DNA of 64,000 nt. It comes from Ignavibacteriae bacterium HGW-Ignavibacteriae-1 (GTDB lineage: Bacteria; Bacteroidota; Ignavibacteria; Kapaibacteriales; UBA2268). Made by a program: the position numbers and the translations under genes. Location: NCBI GenBank assembly GCA_002839825.1, contig PGYU01000007.1, forward strand, positions 27,165 to 91,164. Reading direction: 5' to 3'. Below the pieces are notes generated by a model that saw only the letters and a list, made by a program, of their open reading frames with translations, had not been told where the DNA came from and ran no database searches. Shown in pieces: positions 29,569 through 38,432 of this stretch; position 1 is the first letter of the stretch, and each line of letters starts with the position of its first letter.

Positions 29569-32500
29569 ATGAAACAATGTACTTTCCTTGCAGCAATACT
29601 TTTTTGTATTACGAGCTCTTTATATTCTCAAATTCCCCAAACCATTAGCTGGCAGGGAATTTTGCAGGATGCTGATTCAAAAAATCTTTCAGGCACCTTT
29701 AGCCTGACTGTCAAGTTATACGATGTCGCTTCAGGCGGCACCGCTATTTGGAACGAAACACACAGCAGCGTAGTTATCGCTGACGGACTTGTCAATCTTA
29801 CTCTTGGAAGCGTTACACCTTTTAGTATTAATTTCGGCGATGAATACTGGCTCGAAATCACCGTAGGAACCGGCACTCCGCTTCCAAGGATTAAACTCAG
29901 TTCTGTGCCGTATGCAATGCATTCAAAGACGGCTGAATCTGCAAATGAAACTGACCCGACATGGAGTGGAAATGCCAATACAACGGGTACTATAAGTAGA
30001 AGCGGTAAAGTTGGTATTGGAACATCATCCCCAACGGCTTTACTGCATATTTTTGATTCAGAAACTACTGCGGGAGATGTTCTATTTGTGGGGAATATTG
30101 ATTGGACAACGCCTAGGAATCCTCCCACTTCCGGTGCAGGTACACGCATGATGTGGTATCCGGATAAAGCGGCAATTAGAGCAGGCTATATTTCGGGAAA
30201 TCACTGGGATATGAGCAATATTGGGATGTCATCAGTTGCTATGGGTTACAACACTATTGCAAGCGATCACGGAGCCACGGCTTTTGGTTCAGGAACTGAA
30301 GCTTCTGGATATGGTTCTACTGCTTTTGGAATTTTGACTACAGCACCGGGGAACGTCGCAACTGCTTTCGGAAATAATACGTCTTCAACAGGAATTGCTA
30401 CCACCGCAACGGGACACAGCACTACAGCATCGGGTGATTATTCATTTAGCATGGGATATGGAACCCAAGCCTTGGGTCAATTTTCATTATCAATGGGAAA
30501 AGAAACTTCGGCTCTATCAGGCTATGAAGTAGTTTTAGGGTCATATAATACTGAATACGTGCCCGAAAATGCATTCGGTTGGAGTGAAAATGACCGCTTA
30601 TTTGTAATAGGAAACGGCGTGGGTGATTTTGCTCCAAGCAATGCAATGACCGTGTTAAAAAACGGCAAGGTGGGAATTGGAACCGACAACCCACAATATC
30701 CGCTTCACGTGAATACTCCGGGAGTATTTACCGGAATACAGATGACCACTGATGCAGCGGGTACCACCATGAGTGATGGCTTGATTATTGGCATGCAGTA
30801 CCAGTCAAATGAACCTTCCAATCGTTATGCAACAGTACTGAACAAGGAAAATTCACCATTGCTTTTAGGAACAAATAATAATTATCAGGGCGACTTGACC
30901 ATCCTACCAGGTGGGAATATTGGGATTGGCATTAATCCGCCCACTACGCGGCTCGACATCAACGGTCAAGTTCGTATTCGTGGTGGCAGTCCGGGCGCAG
31001 GAAAAGTGTTGACAAGTAGTGCTAATGGCACTGCTACTTGGCAAACTAAAAGTTTAGAATTGCCATTTTCTTCAACAATATCAAGCAGTGGAACGCTTTT
31101 CTATATTAAGAATAATGAATATTTAGGTTCAGGAATTTATGGCTACGGTGTATTTGGTGTAACCGGCGAAGCTCATGATGGCGGTATTGGAGTAGGTGGA
31201 TACGGTGGATTAGGAGTAGAAGGTGTGTCAAAATCTGCAGGAGGGGTTGGAGTTTATGGACGAGTTCAAATTTCAGGAACAGCAATCAAGGGTAAGGTAG
31301 ATAATCCCAATGATTTTTCAGGATACTTTTTGGGTGGAAAATTTTATACTTCAAGTCAGGTTGGAATAGGCACAGAAAGTCCCTCGGCTCTTCTGCATGT
31401 TCATGGAACTGGTTATAGTGGAGGTAATGTTGTTTTTACGGGCGAATATTTAGATTCGTATATTAGCCAAGCACCCGTTGAGGGCTCGGGTACGCGCATG
31501 ATGTGGTACCCAAATAAGGGTTCATTCCGAGCGGGACGTGTAACAAGCACGCAATGGAATAAAAGTAATATGGGAGATTATTCCACAGCATTTGGATACG
31601 ACACTAAGGCATCCGGATATGGCTCTATTGCTTTAGGATACTCATCTACTGCATCTAACACTGCTGCATCGGCAATCGGATTTAATACTATTGCCTCCGG
31701 TAATGTTTCCACTGCAATTGGTTATTCCGCCACAGCTTCAGGATATGCTTCCACTGCAATTGGTTATTACGCCACAGCTTCAGGGTTTGCTTCCACTGGA
31801 ATGGGGTATAACACTACCGCGAAATCAGGATATGAAACTGTAGTCGGTAGTTGGAATACGGATTACACTCCTGTTTCAACATCAGGTTGGAATTCTAGTG
31901 ATAGACTGTTTGTAATTGGAAATGGCACTGCAAGTACATCACGTAGTAACGCCATGACAGTATTAAAGAATGGGAAAATAGGCATAGGAACAGCATCACC
32001 TAGCGAACTATTGCATATAAATAATTCTACCGGAACTGCTAAATTGCGAGTTTCATCAGCGTCCACAGCCCTATCGGAGCTTACTTTTTATAGCGGGAGC
32101 ACTTATCTTGGCGCAATAGGTAGTGACAATACAAGTAATTATTTATTTATTTATCATGGTGGAAATATTATTTTCAAAAATGGCAGAATTGGTATTCAAA
32201 CTGAAACAAATCCCACATTTGCCCTACATTTACCAAATAGTACAAGTGATGGTACCGGCAGAGGACGCGCAAATGCATGGACAACTTACAGCGATAGAAG
32301 GATTAAAACAGCCACTGAAGAAATTCAATATGGACTTAGCGAAATAATGCAACTTCAACCGGTAAAATATTTCCAACATAATTCAATATTTGACGATGGT
32401 AAATTAGTAATTTCCGATATTGGGGCAAGCGATATTGGTTTTATCGCACAAGATATTTTCAAAATAATTCCTGAAATTGTCAGCGTTCCCGATAATGAAA

Positions 32501-32637
32501 ACGCTGAACTTTGGGGGTTGAATTATGAAAAGCTCACTCCAATACTTGTAAAAGCTATTCAAGAGCAACAAATGAAAATAGACGAACTCGAGCGGAAACT
32601 CGAACTACTTTTGCAAAAATTTTCTGAAAATAAATAA
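29569..32637 (+). CDS. Secreted trimeric fibre/adhesin with YadA/Hep-Hag-like repeats and C-terminal S74-like intramolecular chaperone
   Basis: Signal peptide, ISWQG N-domain, repeated GxVGIGT, 14-aa ASGxxSTAxG repeats, SDRRIK..LQPVKY..GFIAQD..LNYEKL..LVKAIQE coiled coil. Confidence 0.88.
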   Translation: MKQCTFLAAILFCITSSLYSQIPQTISWQGILQDADSKNLSGTFSLTVKLYDVASGGTAIWNETHSSVVIADGLVNLTLGSVTPFSINFGDEYWLEITVGTGTPLPRIKLSSVPYAMHSKTAESANETDPTWSGNANTTGTISRSGKVGIGTSSPTALLHIFDSETTAGDVLFVGNIDWTTPRNPPTSGAGTRMMWYPDKAAIRAGYISGNHWDMSNIGMSSVAMGYNTIASDHGATAFGSGTEASGYGSTAFGILTTAPGNVATAFGNNTSSTGIATTATGHSTTASGDYSFSMGYGTQALGQFSLSMGKETSALSGYEVVLGSYNTEYVPENAFGWSENDRLFVIGNGVGDFAPSNAMTVLKNGKVGIGTDNPQYPLHVNTPGVFTGIQMTTDAAGTTMSDGLIIGMQYQSNEPSNRYATVLNKENSPLLLGTNNNYQGDLTILPGGNIGIGINPPTTRLDINGQVRIRGGSPGAGKVLTSSANGTATWQTKSLELPFSSTISSSGTLFYIKNNEYLGSGIYGYGVFGVTGEAHDGGIGVGGYGGLGVEGVSKSAGGVGVYGRVQISGTAIKGKVDNPNDFSGYFLGGKFYTSSQVGIGTESPSALLHVHGTGYSGGNVVFTGEYLDSYISQAPVEGSGTRMMWYPNKGSFRAGRVTSTQWNKSNMGDYSTAFGYDTKASGYGSIALGYSSTASNTAASAIGFNTIASGNVSTAIGYSATASGYASTAIGYYATASGFASTGMGYNTTAKSGYETVVGSWNTDYTPVSTSGWNSSDRLFVIGNGTASTSRSNAMTVLKNGKIGIGTASPSELLHINNSTGTAKLRVSSASTALSELTFYSGSTYLGAIGSDNTSNYLFIYHGGNIIFKNGRIGIQTETNPTFALHLPNSTSDGTGRGRANAWTTYSDRRIKTATEEIQYGLSEIMQLQPVKYFQHNSIFDDGKLVISDIGASDIGFIAQDIFKIIPEIVSVPDNENAELWGLNYEKLTPILVKAIQEQQMKIDELERKLELLLQKFSENK
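31707..31798 (+). repeat. 42-bp tandem repeat (about 2.2 copies) in the fibre head repeats
   Basis: TTCCACTGCAATTGGTTATT(C/A)CGCCACAGCTTCAGG at 31707 and 31749; partial copy at 31791. Confidence 0.8.
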
Positions 32638-32650
32638 ATAGGAATTAATT

Positions 32651-33367
32651 ATGAAAATAATATTTATTGTTTTATTAATGAGCGTAATTAGTTTGCATTC
32701 ACAGACATATAAAATTAAAAATTATGTGATGGGTAGCTCTGCTGCGACTGTTTCCAATGACGATTTTAATTTTAGAAACACATTAGGACAGCCCGCAATT
32801 GGCAAAATCCAGAACGTAGATAATATTATAGGTTCGGGGTTTTGGTACACAATCGGTAAAACGGCTGATGGTATGCATATTATATATTTAAACCTCGGTT
32901 GGAATCTGATTTCCACCTATGTAGAGCCGGAAATAGCTGCACTTGAAAACATTTTTTCCGAAATTGAAGGTAGCACTGTCATCGTGAAGAATAATTCCGG
33001 GCAGATTTACTATCCCGAGTTTGATATCAATGACATTGGGAATTGGGACGTCAAGCAGGCTTATCAAGTCTATATGTCGAAGGCTGAGATGCTCACGATT
33101 CCGGGCGAGAAAGTGGTGCCTGAAACGACCGAAATAACTCTTTCGACGGGTTGGAATATGCTCGCATATCTCCGAGATAATGCATTGGATATTGAGATTG
33201 CACTTGCTTCACTCGTTGCGGATGACAAGCTCGTCATCGCAAAGGACAACATGGGCAACGTCTTCTATCCCGCTTTCGATATCAATATGATTGGCAATAT
33301 GCTCCCCGGGCAGGGCTACCAGATATATCTGATAAGCGGAGCAACGCTGACGTATCCGGAGAATTAG
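32651..33367 (+). CDS. Secreted partner protein: TxGQ..SGFW N-module plus two GWN-repeat units
   Basis: Paralogue of 6556-7269; C-terminal ~160 aa nearly identical to the end of 34761-36545. Confidence 0.82.
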   Translation: MKIIFIVLLMSVISLHSQTYKIKNYVMGSSAATVSNDDFNFRNTLGQPAIGKIQNVDNIIGSGFWYTIGKTADGMHIIYLNLGWNLISTYVEPEIAALENIFSEIEGSTVIVKNNSGQIYYPEFDINDIGNWDVKQAYQVYMSKAEMLTIPGEKVVPETTEITLSTGWNMLAYLRDNALDIEIALASLVADDKLVIAKDNMGNVFYPAFDINMIGNMLPGQGYQIYLISGATLTYPEN

Positions 33368-33369
33368 AA
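32891..33369 (+). repeat. 479-bp direct repeat, copy 1 (GWN-domain coding block)
   Basis: Collinear with 36069-36547, mostly synonymous differences. Confidence 0.9.
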
Positions 33370-33424
33370 CCCGTCAGGTGTGAGACTTAAATCGTCCCGT
33401 CAGGTGTTACACCTGACGGGAGGA
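33370..33424 (+). repeat. REP-like family A: half copy plus full copy 2
   Basis: CCCGTCAGGTGT at 33370; full 31-mer at 33394-33424. Confidence 0.85.
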
Positions 33425-33554
33425 ATTTTATTACTACCTAATTCATACCCCGAACTCCCAGTCTTCAAGCTCAATCTAATATGCTGCTACAAAATAAAAT
33501 ATTCAGATGATTAGTTATGTATAATATTATTTTAAGTGTTAATGAGAAAATAGA

Positions 33555-33585
33555 TTTGCATTTAATAAAATAATAGTTATATTTG
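33555..33585 (+). promoter_or_regulatory. Bacteroidota-type primary-sigma promoter
   Basis: TTTG-N19-TATATTTG upstream of 33699. Confidence 0.65.
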
Positions 33586-33698
33586 CCTAAGTGTTTTGTT
33601 CATAAGTGTGAAAGTATATGTGAATTATAAATACAAGTCCGCTAAATGATTAATACACAGAGTTTTAATATATTCTTAAAAATATTGGGAGTGCTTTT

Positions 33699-34751
33699 AT
33701 GAATAGGGTTTTGATGATTTTGATAATTATTGTCATTTCGACAATTAATTTGTATTCTTACAAAGCTATTATTGTTCAGAATGGCAATGATGCAAAATTG
33801 TACCAAGTTACCGAGTTGCAAAAAGCACTTGATTCGGCAGCAGTTGGTTCGGACGTGTATCTTCCCGGCTATGATTTTTCCGGCACAACTATCACAATTA
33901 GAAAAAAGCTTAACATATACGGAACAGGTTTTTATTCATCTGCAACAAATGAAACAGGAAAGACCATTCTGGGAACCCTAACTTATAATACGGGAAGCGA
34001 CAGCACTTTATTAGAAGGCGTTTATATAGATAACGTACTCAGAATTTCATATACTGCAACTCACAAAGTTTCAAACTTGATGTTTAGAAAATGTAATATA
34101 AGGGGACTGAATTTAGCAAATGGTGATACAAGCAAATTTCACACTTTCAAAGATTGCATTTTGTATAATCCAACAATCTCCTCGAAAGCAGTAGGTATCA
34201 AAGTTTACAATTCGATAATTGACCCCAATCCAGGTGCTACAATTTATGGGCTTATTTTTGAATCATATAATACAAGTTATATTAATTGTATACTGCATTA
34301 TCCTGATGTCAATGGTTCAAAAGGTTTATTTTGGGCGTCTAATTCTGCTTTTAACCTTTTTGAGAATTGCATATTCTTGAATACTTATGAACTTAAAAGT
34401 CTGGGCTTAAATAACGGATTTGTAAATTGTTTGTCTGTCTATAATCAGACTGACTGGGGAGTTGATAATTACAATGTAGATTGCCTTATTAATCAAAACA
34501 AGGATTCGATATTTGTTGATACATTGGATATTTATAGTTTTTCTGAAGATTTCGATTATCACCTCAATAATAATTGTTTAGGAAAGGATTATGGAACTGA
34601 TGGAACAGATCTAGGGATTTATGGTGGTACTTATCCATACAAAGAATTAGGTATTCCAATTATTCCATATATTAAGAATTATAATTCAGCTAATAAAACT
34701 GTGAATGGAACGCTTGAAGTGAACGTAGAAGTTGAATCTCAAACTGAATAA
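33699..34751 (+). CDS. Secreted right-handed beta-helix protein
   Basis: LQKALDSA..VYLPG, Asn/Cys ladder (NCI, NSI), DYHL..GTDGTDLGIYGG; no CTD. Confidence 0.75.
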   Translation: MNRVLMILIIIVISTINLYSYKAIIVQNGNDAKLYQVTELQKALDSAAVGSDVYLPGYDFSGTTITIRKKLNIYGTGFYSSATNETGKTILGTLTYNTGSDSTLLEGVYIDNVLRISYTATHKVSNLMFRKCNIRGLNLANGDTSKFHTFKDCILYNPTISSKAVGIKVYNSIIDPNPGATIYGLIFESYNTSYINCILHYPDVNGSKGLFWASNSAFNLFENCIFLNTYELKSLGLNNGFVNCLSVYNQTDWGVDNYNVDCLINQNKDSIFVDTLDIYSFSEDFDYHLNNNCLGKDYGTDGTDLGIYGGTYPYKELGIPIIPYIKNYNSANKTVNGTLEVNVEVESQTE

Positions 34752-34760
34752 GGATAAAAA

Positions 34761-36545
34761 ATGAGAAACATTTTACTTTATTCCTTTATTTTTCTTTCCG
34801 TTAATGTTGTTTTTGCAAATAAAATAACAAATTATGAATATTGGATTGATTACGCTTTTGCAAATAGAATTCAAAATGTAATTAACGATGCAGATTCAAA
34901 TCTAAATTTATCAGAAAGTATAGATTTAACATATTTAGTCCAAGGAATTCACACATTCAATATACGTTTTAAGGATAGTTTAAATAAATGGTCTGTTGCT
35001 CAAACAAGTTTTTTCTACAAGCCGGCTAATGATTCACTAATGGATAATTATAATTACCCAAATAATACTCTCACAGCTTATGAATATTGGGTTGATGATG
35101 ATTTTGTAAATAGAAAATATGGGGTGATAAACCCAAATACATCTCTTTTGAATATTGATTCTTTCTTCTTATTTGAGAATATAAATTCAGGAATTCATAA
35201 ATTCGTAATCAGATTCAAAGATAACTATGGAAAGTGGTCTGTTGCGCAAACAAGTTATTTCTACCATAGGGCAAATGATTCATTAATGGATAATTATAAT
35301 TATCCAAATAACACTCTAATCGCTTATGAATATTGGGTTGATGATAATTATATTGATAAAAAATATGAGACGTTAAATCCTAATACATCAATAATGAATC
35401 TTGATTCTAACTTTTTGTTGGAAAATTTAAATTCAGGAATCCACAAATTTGTAATCAGGTTCAAAGATAACTATGGCAAATGGTCTATTTCTCAAACCAG
35501 TTATTTTTATATTCCTGATAATTCTGAATTTACGGATGTCAGTTATACATCGAACAAAATTTACGGATATCGCTATTGGTTTGATAACAAGCCGGAAACA
35601 ATTTTTACATTGATATTAGATAATAAAGAAGAAACATTTTCCGAAATAATTAATTTGCAATGTCCCGAATTGGATACATTGGGATTGCACGTGCTACACA
35701 TGCAATATATGGATTCAGTTGGGAAATGGAGTGTAGCAGTATCGGATACTTTTATTTATGAAGGATTTGAGGTATCAAAACCAATATTAAAATCCCCGAC
35801 AGATAATGCAAATGTAAAAGCTGATACAATTTTAAAATGGAATATTATCCCATATATTAGCAAATATTATATTCAAATCTCAGATACAAATGATTTTTCT
35901 AATATTTTGGTGTATGATTCACTTACAAATGCAACACAATATGAAATAAATTTTATTGATTTAAAAACTTATTATTGGCGAGTTAAAGCAGAATATGAGG
36001 GCATTTATAGTGAATGGTCGGATGTTTGGGCATTTACAACTGTTGATGCTGCGCAAATTATTTCACTCAACCTTGGTTGGAATCTGATTTCCACCTATGT
36101 AGAGCCGGAATTTGCTGCACTCGAAAACATTTTCTCCGAAATTGAAGGAAGCACTGTCATCGTGAAGAATAATTCCGGGCAGATTTATTATCCTGAGTTT
36201 GATATTAATGATATCGGCGATTGGGACGTGAAGCAGGCTTATCAAGTTTATATGTCGAAGGCTGAAATGCTCACGATTCCGGGCGAGATGGTGGTGCCTG
36301 AAACGACCGAAATCACCCTCACAACGGGATGGAATATGCTTGCATATCTCCGCGATAATGCTATGGATATTGAGAATGCTCTTGCCACGCTCGTTGCGGA
36401 CGACAAACTCGTCATCGCAAAGGACAACATGGGCAACGTCTTCTATCCCGCATTTGAAATCAACATGATAGGCGACATGCTACCCGGGCAGGGCTATCAA
36501 ATATATCTGACAAGCGGAGCAACGCTGACCTATCCGGAGAATTAG
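34761..36545 (+). CDS. Secreted protein with four YEYW-D..G.H..RFKD..KWS Ig-like repeats, an FN3-like domain and the C-terminal GWN domain
   Basis: 82-aa (246-bp) repeat period at 34989/35235/35481; YYWRVKA..SEWS; LNLGWNLIS tail. Confidence 0.82.
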   Translation: MRNILLYSFIFLSVNVVFANKITNYEYWIDYAFANRIQNVINDADSNLNLSESIDLTYLVQGIHTFNIRFKDSLNKWSVAQTSFFYKPANDSLMDNYNYPNNTLTAYEYWVDDDFVNRKYGVINPNTSLLNIDSFFLFENINSGIHKFVIRFKDNYGKWSVAQTSYFYHRANDSLMDNYNYPNNTLIAYEYWVDDNYIDKKYETLNPNTSIMNLDSNFLLENLNSGIHKFVIRFKDNYGKWSISQTSYFYIPDNSEFTDVSYTSNKIYGYRYWFDNKPETIFTLILDNKEETFSEIINLQCPELDTLGLHVLHMQYMDSVGKWSVAVSDTFIYEGFEVSKPILKSPTDNANVKADTILKWNIIPYISKYYIQISDTNDFSNILVYDSLTNATQYEINFIDLKTYYWRVKAEYEGIYSEWSDVWAFTTVDAAQIISLNLGWNLISTYVEPEFAALENIFSEIEGSTVIVKNNSGQIYYPEFDINDIGDWDVKQAYQVYMSKAEMLTIPGEMVVPETTEITLTTGWNMLAYLRDNAMDIENALATLVADDKLVIAKDNMGNVFYPAFEINMIGDMLPGQGYQIYLTSGATLTYPEN

Positions 36546-36547
36546 AA
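36069..36547 (+). repeat. 479-bp direct repeat, copy 2
   Basis: Matches 32891-33369 through the stop codon and TAGAA. Confidence 0.9.
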
Positions 36548-36553
36548 TGATTC

Positions 36554-36592
36554 AAAGCTTCCGAAGGAGTAAAACCTTCGGAAGCTTTTTTT
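36554..36592 (+). terminator. Intrinsic terminator / REP-like hairpin
   Basis: AAAGCTTCCGAAGG-N7-CCTTCGGAAGCTTT followed by a T run. Confidence 0.75.
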
Positions 36593-36707
36593 CTCTTTTC
36601 CAAACAAAATTTCCACCCTATGAAAAAAGTTCTTTACAAAAATTTCTTGTTTACGTCATTACTTATGGTCATTTTTGTAAGCGTGTTGGCTGTAAATTGA
36701 GGATAAT

Positions 36708-37751
36708 ATGAAAATTTTGATAGTGGTACTTTTGTTTTTAGGGGCTTTTGATGTGTTCGCACAGAGCAGGGAGGTGAATCAACATCTGCAGATGCTGGCG
36801 AACGGCAAAACTGATGAGGTGAGGTCGGCGATTCCGGAACTTTTGGCTCGCTATCCGAATGACCCGGGCATCATGTTGCTGCATGGTAGTGTGGTCGAGG
36901 ATATGAAGCTGTCGCTGGATATTTATCGGCGTATCGTCACTGATTACGCAGGGAGCGAGTGGGCGGACGATGCTCAATGGCGCATTGTGCAGCATTATGC
37001 TATTTGGGGCGACACGAGCAAGGCTAAGTCCGAGCTCGATATTCTGCGTGCCAAGCATCCCTATTCGACATACTTAACAGTTGCTGCAGATGTAGTCAGG
37101 AGTTCAGTCGCATATGCCAAGAGCAACACGAAAGCTATAGCACGAACCGAAAATCAGCGCCCAATTATTGACGAACCCGCCAAACAAGATTTCAAGCCGC
37201 TTACAAGTGAAGCATCGCCTAACAGATTAGCTGATTCAAAACCCGCTGATAATGTTGCGATTGACAATAAATTGAAAGAAATTTCACCTGACATCAATGC
37301 AGAACCAACTCCAACGAGAACAGAACCCACTCCATCGAGAACGGAAACCGCTCCATCGAGAACGGAAACCGCTCCATCGAGAACTGAAACCACTCCCACA
37401 AGAACTGAACCCACTCAAACCAGAACTGAACCAGTTTCAGCGCAAGAAGTTAAACCGGTCACGCAAATTGACTCGCCTGAAATAAGCGATGTGACGATTG
37501 TGGAAGATGTGCCGAAAGAGATATTTTACGGCTTGCAGGTAGGGATTTATAGCGAGAAAGCTACTGCGGAATCTGAAAAGGAGAAGTTTTTGGCAAAGCG
37601 TATGCGGACAACGGTTGCGGAGAAAAATGTCGCCGGAAGACTGAGATATGCGGTTGTGATTGGGCATTATTCCTCGCTCGAAGCTGCCGAAGCTGCTAAA
37701 ATAATCGTCGGGCAACAGTGCGAATGCGAGCCTTTGATTTACGAAAAATAG
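36708..37751 (+). CDS. TPR-like plus SPOR domain protein
   Basis: Signal peptide, helical N-domain, P/T-rich linker, YGLQVGIYS..YAVVIGHY SPOR domain. Confidence 0.85.
   Translation: MKILIVVLLFLGAFDVFAQSREVNQHLQMLANGKTDEVRSAIPELLARYPNDPGIMLLHGSVVEDMKLSLDIYRRIVTDYAGSEWADDAQWRIVQHYAIWGDTSKAKSELDILRAKHPYSTYLTVAADVVRSSVAYAKSNTKAIARTENQRPIIDEPAKQDFKPLTSEASPNRLADSKPADNVAIDNKLKEISPDINAEPTPTRTEPTPSRTETAPSRTETAPSRTETTPTRTEPTQTRTEPVSAQEVKPVTQIDSPEISDVTIVEDVPKEIFYGLQVGIYSEKATAESEKEKFLAKRMRTTVAEKNVAGRLRYAVVIGHYSSLEAAEAAKIIVGQQCECEPLIYEK
37301..37433 (+). repeat. 21-bp coding tandem repeat (about 6 copies, EP/TxPxRT)
   Basis: CTCCATCGAGAACGGAAACCG units in the linker. Confidence 0.85.
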
Positions 37752-37781
37752 TATGTTATTTTTTATATATGGGTATAAACT

Positions 37782-38363
37782 ATGAATTTTAAAAAAATGT
37801 TTTTAGTTGTATTGCTGCCAGTATTGATGGTGAGTTTTTCTTGTACGAGCGAAACAAAGGACGCGGAACAAATGGTAAGCGAGAATATCTACGGATTCAT
37901 CGTCACAGATATTGATGGGAATGAAGTCACATTGAGTGCTTATGAGGGCAAGGTTTTGCTAATTGTCAATGTAGCGTCGAAATGTGGCTATACTAAGCAA
38001 TATACAGGGCTTCAGGCGATTTACGAAAAGTACAAAGACCAAGGGTTTGTAGTTTTGGGATTCCCTTGTAATCAGTTTGGCGGTCAAGAACCCGGAACTG
38101 AGAAGGAAATAAAGGAGTTTTGCGAATCGAATTTCGATGTCACTTTCCCGATGTTTTCCAAAGTTGATGTCAATGGCGACAACACTCATCCGCTTTACAA
38201 ATATTTGAAAAGCAACGCTAAGGGCACGATGGGAACTCAGGATATTAAGTGGAATTTCGCAAAATTTTTGGTGGATAAAAAAGGCGTGGTGCAAGACCGC
38301 ATCGGCACTCAAACTACTCCCGAATCAATGACCGAACAAATCGAAAAGCTGTTAGCCGAATAA
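37782..38363 (+). CDS. Glutathione peroxidase family protein (Cys type), probable lipoprotein
   Basis: NVASKCG, GFPCNQFG.QEPG, WNF.KFLV; lipobox-like SFSC. Confidence 0.93.
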   Translation: MNFKKMFLVVLLPVLMVSFSCTSETKDAEQMVSENIYGFIVTDIDGNEVTLSAYEGKVLLIVNVASKCGYTKQYTGLQAIYEKYKDQGFVVLGFPCNQFGGQEPGTEKEIKEFCESNFDVTFPMFSKVDVNGDNTHPLYKYLKSNAKGTMGTQDIKWNFAKFLVDKKGVVQDRIGTQTTPESMTEQIEKLLAE

Positions 38364-38387
38364 ATTCTGAACTTTTGAGAATATTTC

Positions 38388-38417
38388 AAAGCCGCTCCAT
38401 TTTTGGGGCGGCTTTTT
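38388..38417. terminator. Bidirectional intrinsic terminator
   Basis: AAAGCCGCTCCA-TTTT-TGGGGCGGCTTTTT between convergent genes. Confidence 0.8.
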
Positions 38418-38432
38418 GTTTTATTTATACAA

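Noticed and set aside
13711-32637. Prophage spanning terL and the fibre gene
   Set aside because: Intervening genes are housekeeping, the fibre has a Sec signal, and no portal, capsid or integrase is present.
29331-33424. Integron attC sites
   Set aside because: The palindromes are short perfect hairpins lacking RYYYAAC/GTTRRRY ends and extrahelical bases; no intI.
32891-36547. Diversity-generating retroelement TR/VR pair
   Set aside because: Differences between the copies are largely synonymous C/T changes rather than adenine-specific, both copies are coding, and no reverse transcriptase is in the window.
29235-36600. Integrase-driven island with a tRNA-derived att duplication
   Set aside because: No integrase, and no second copy of the tRNA-Ser 3' end was found by eye.
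37301-37433. CRISPR array
   Set aside because: Contiguous in-frame 21-bp tandem units with no spacers and no cas genes.
37782-38363. Selenocysteine glutathione peroxidase
   Set aside because: The active-site codon is TGT (Cys) with no in-frame TGA.
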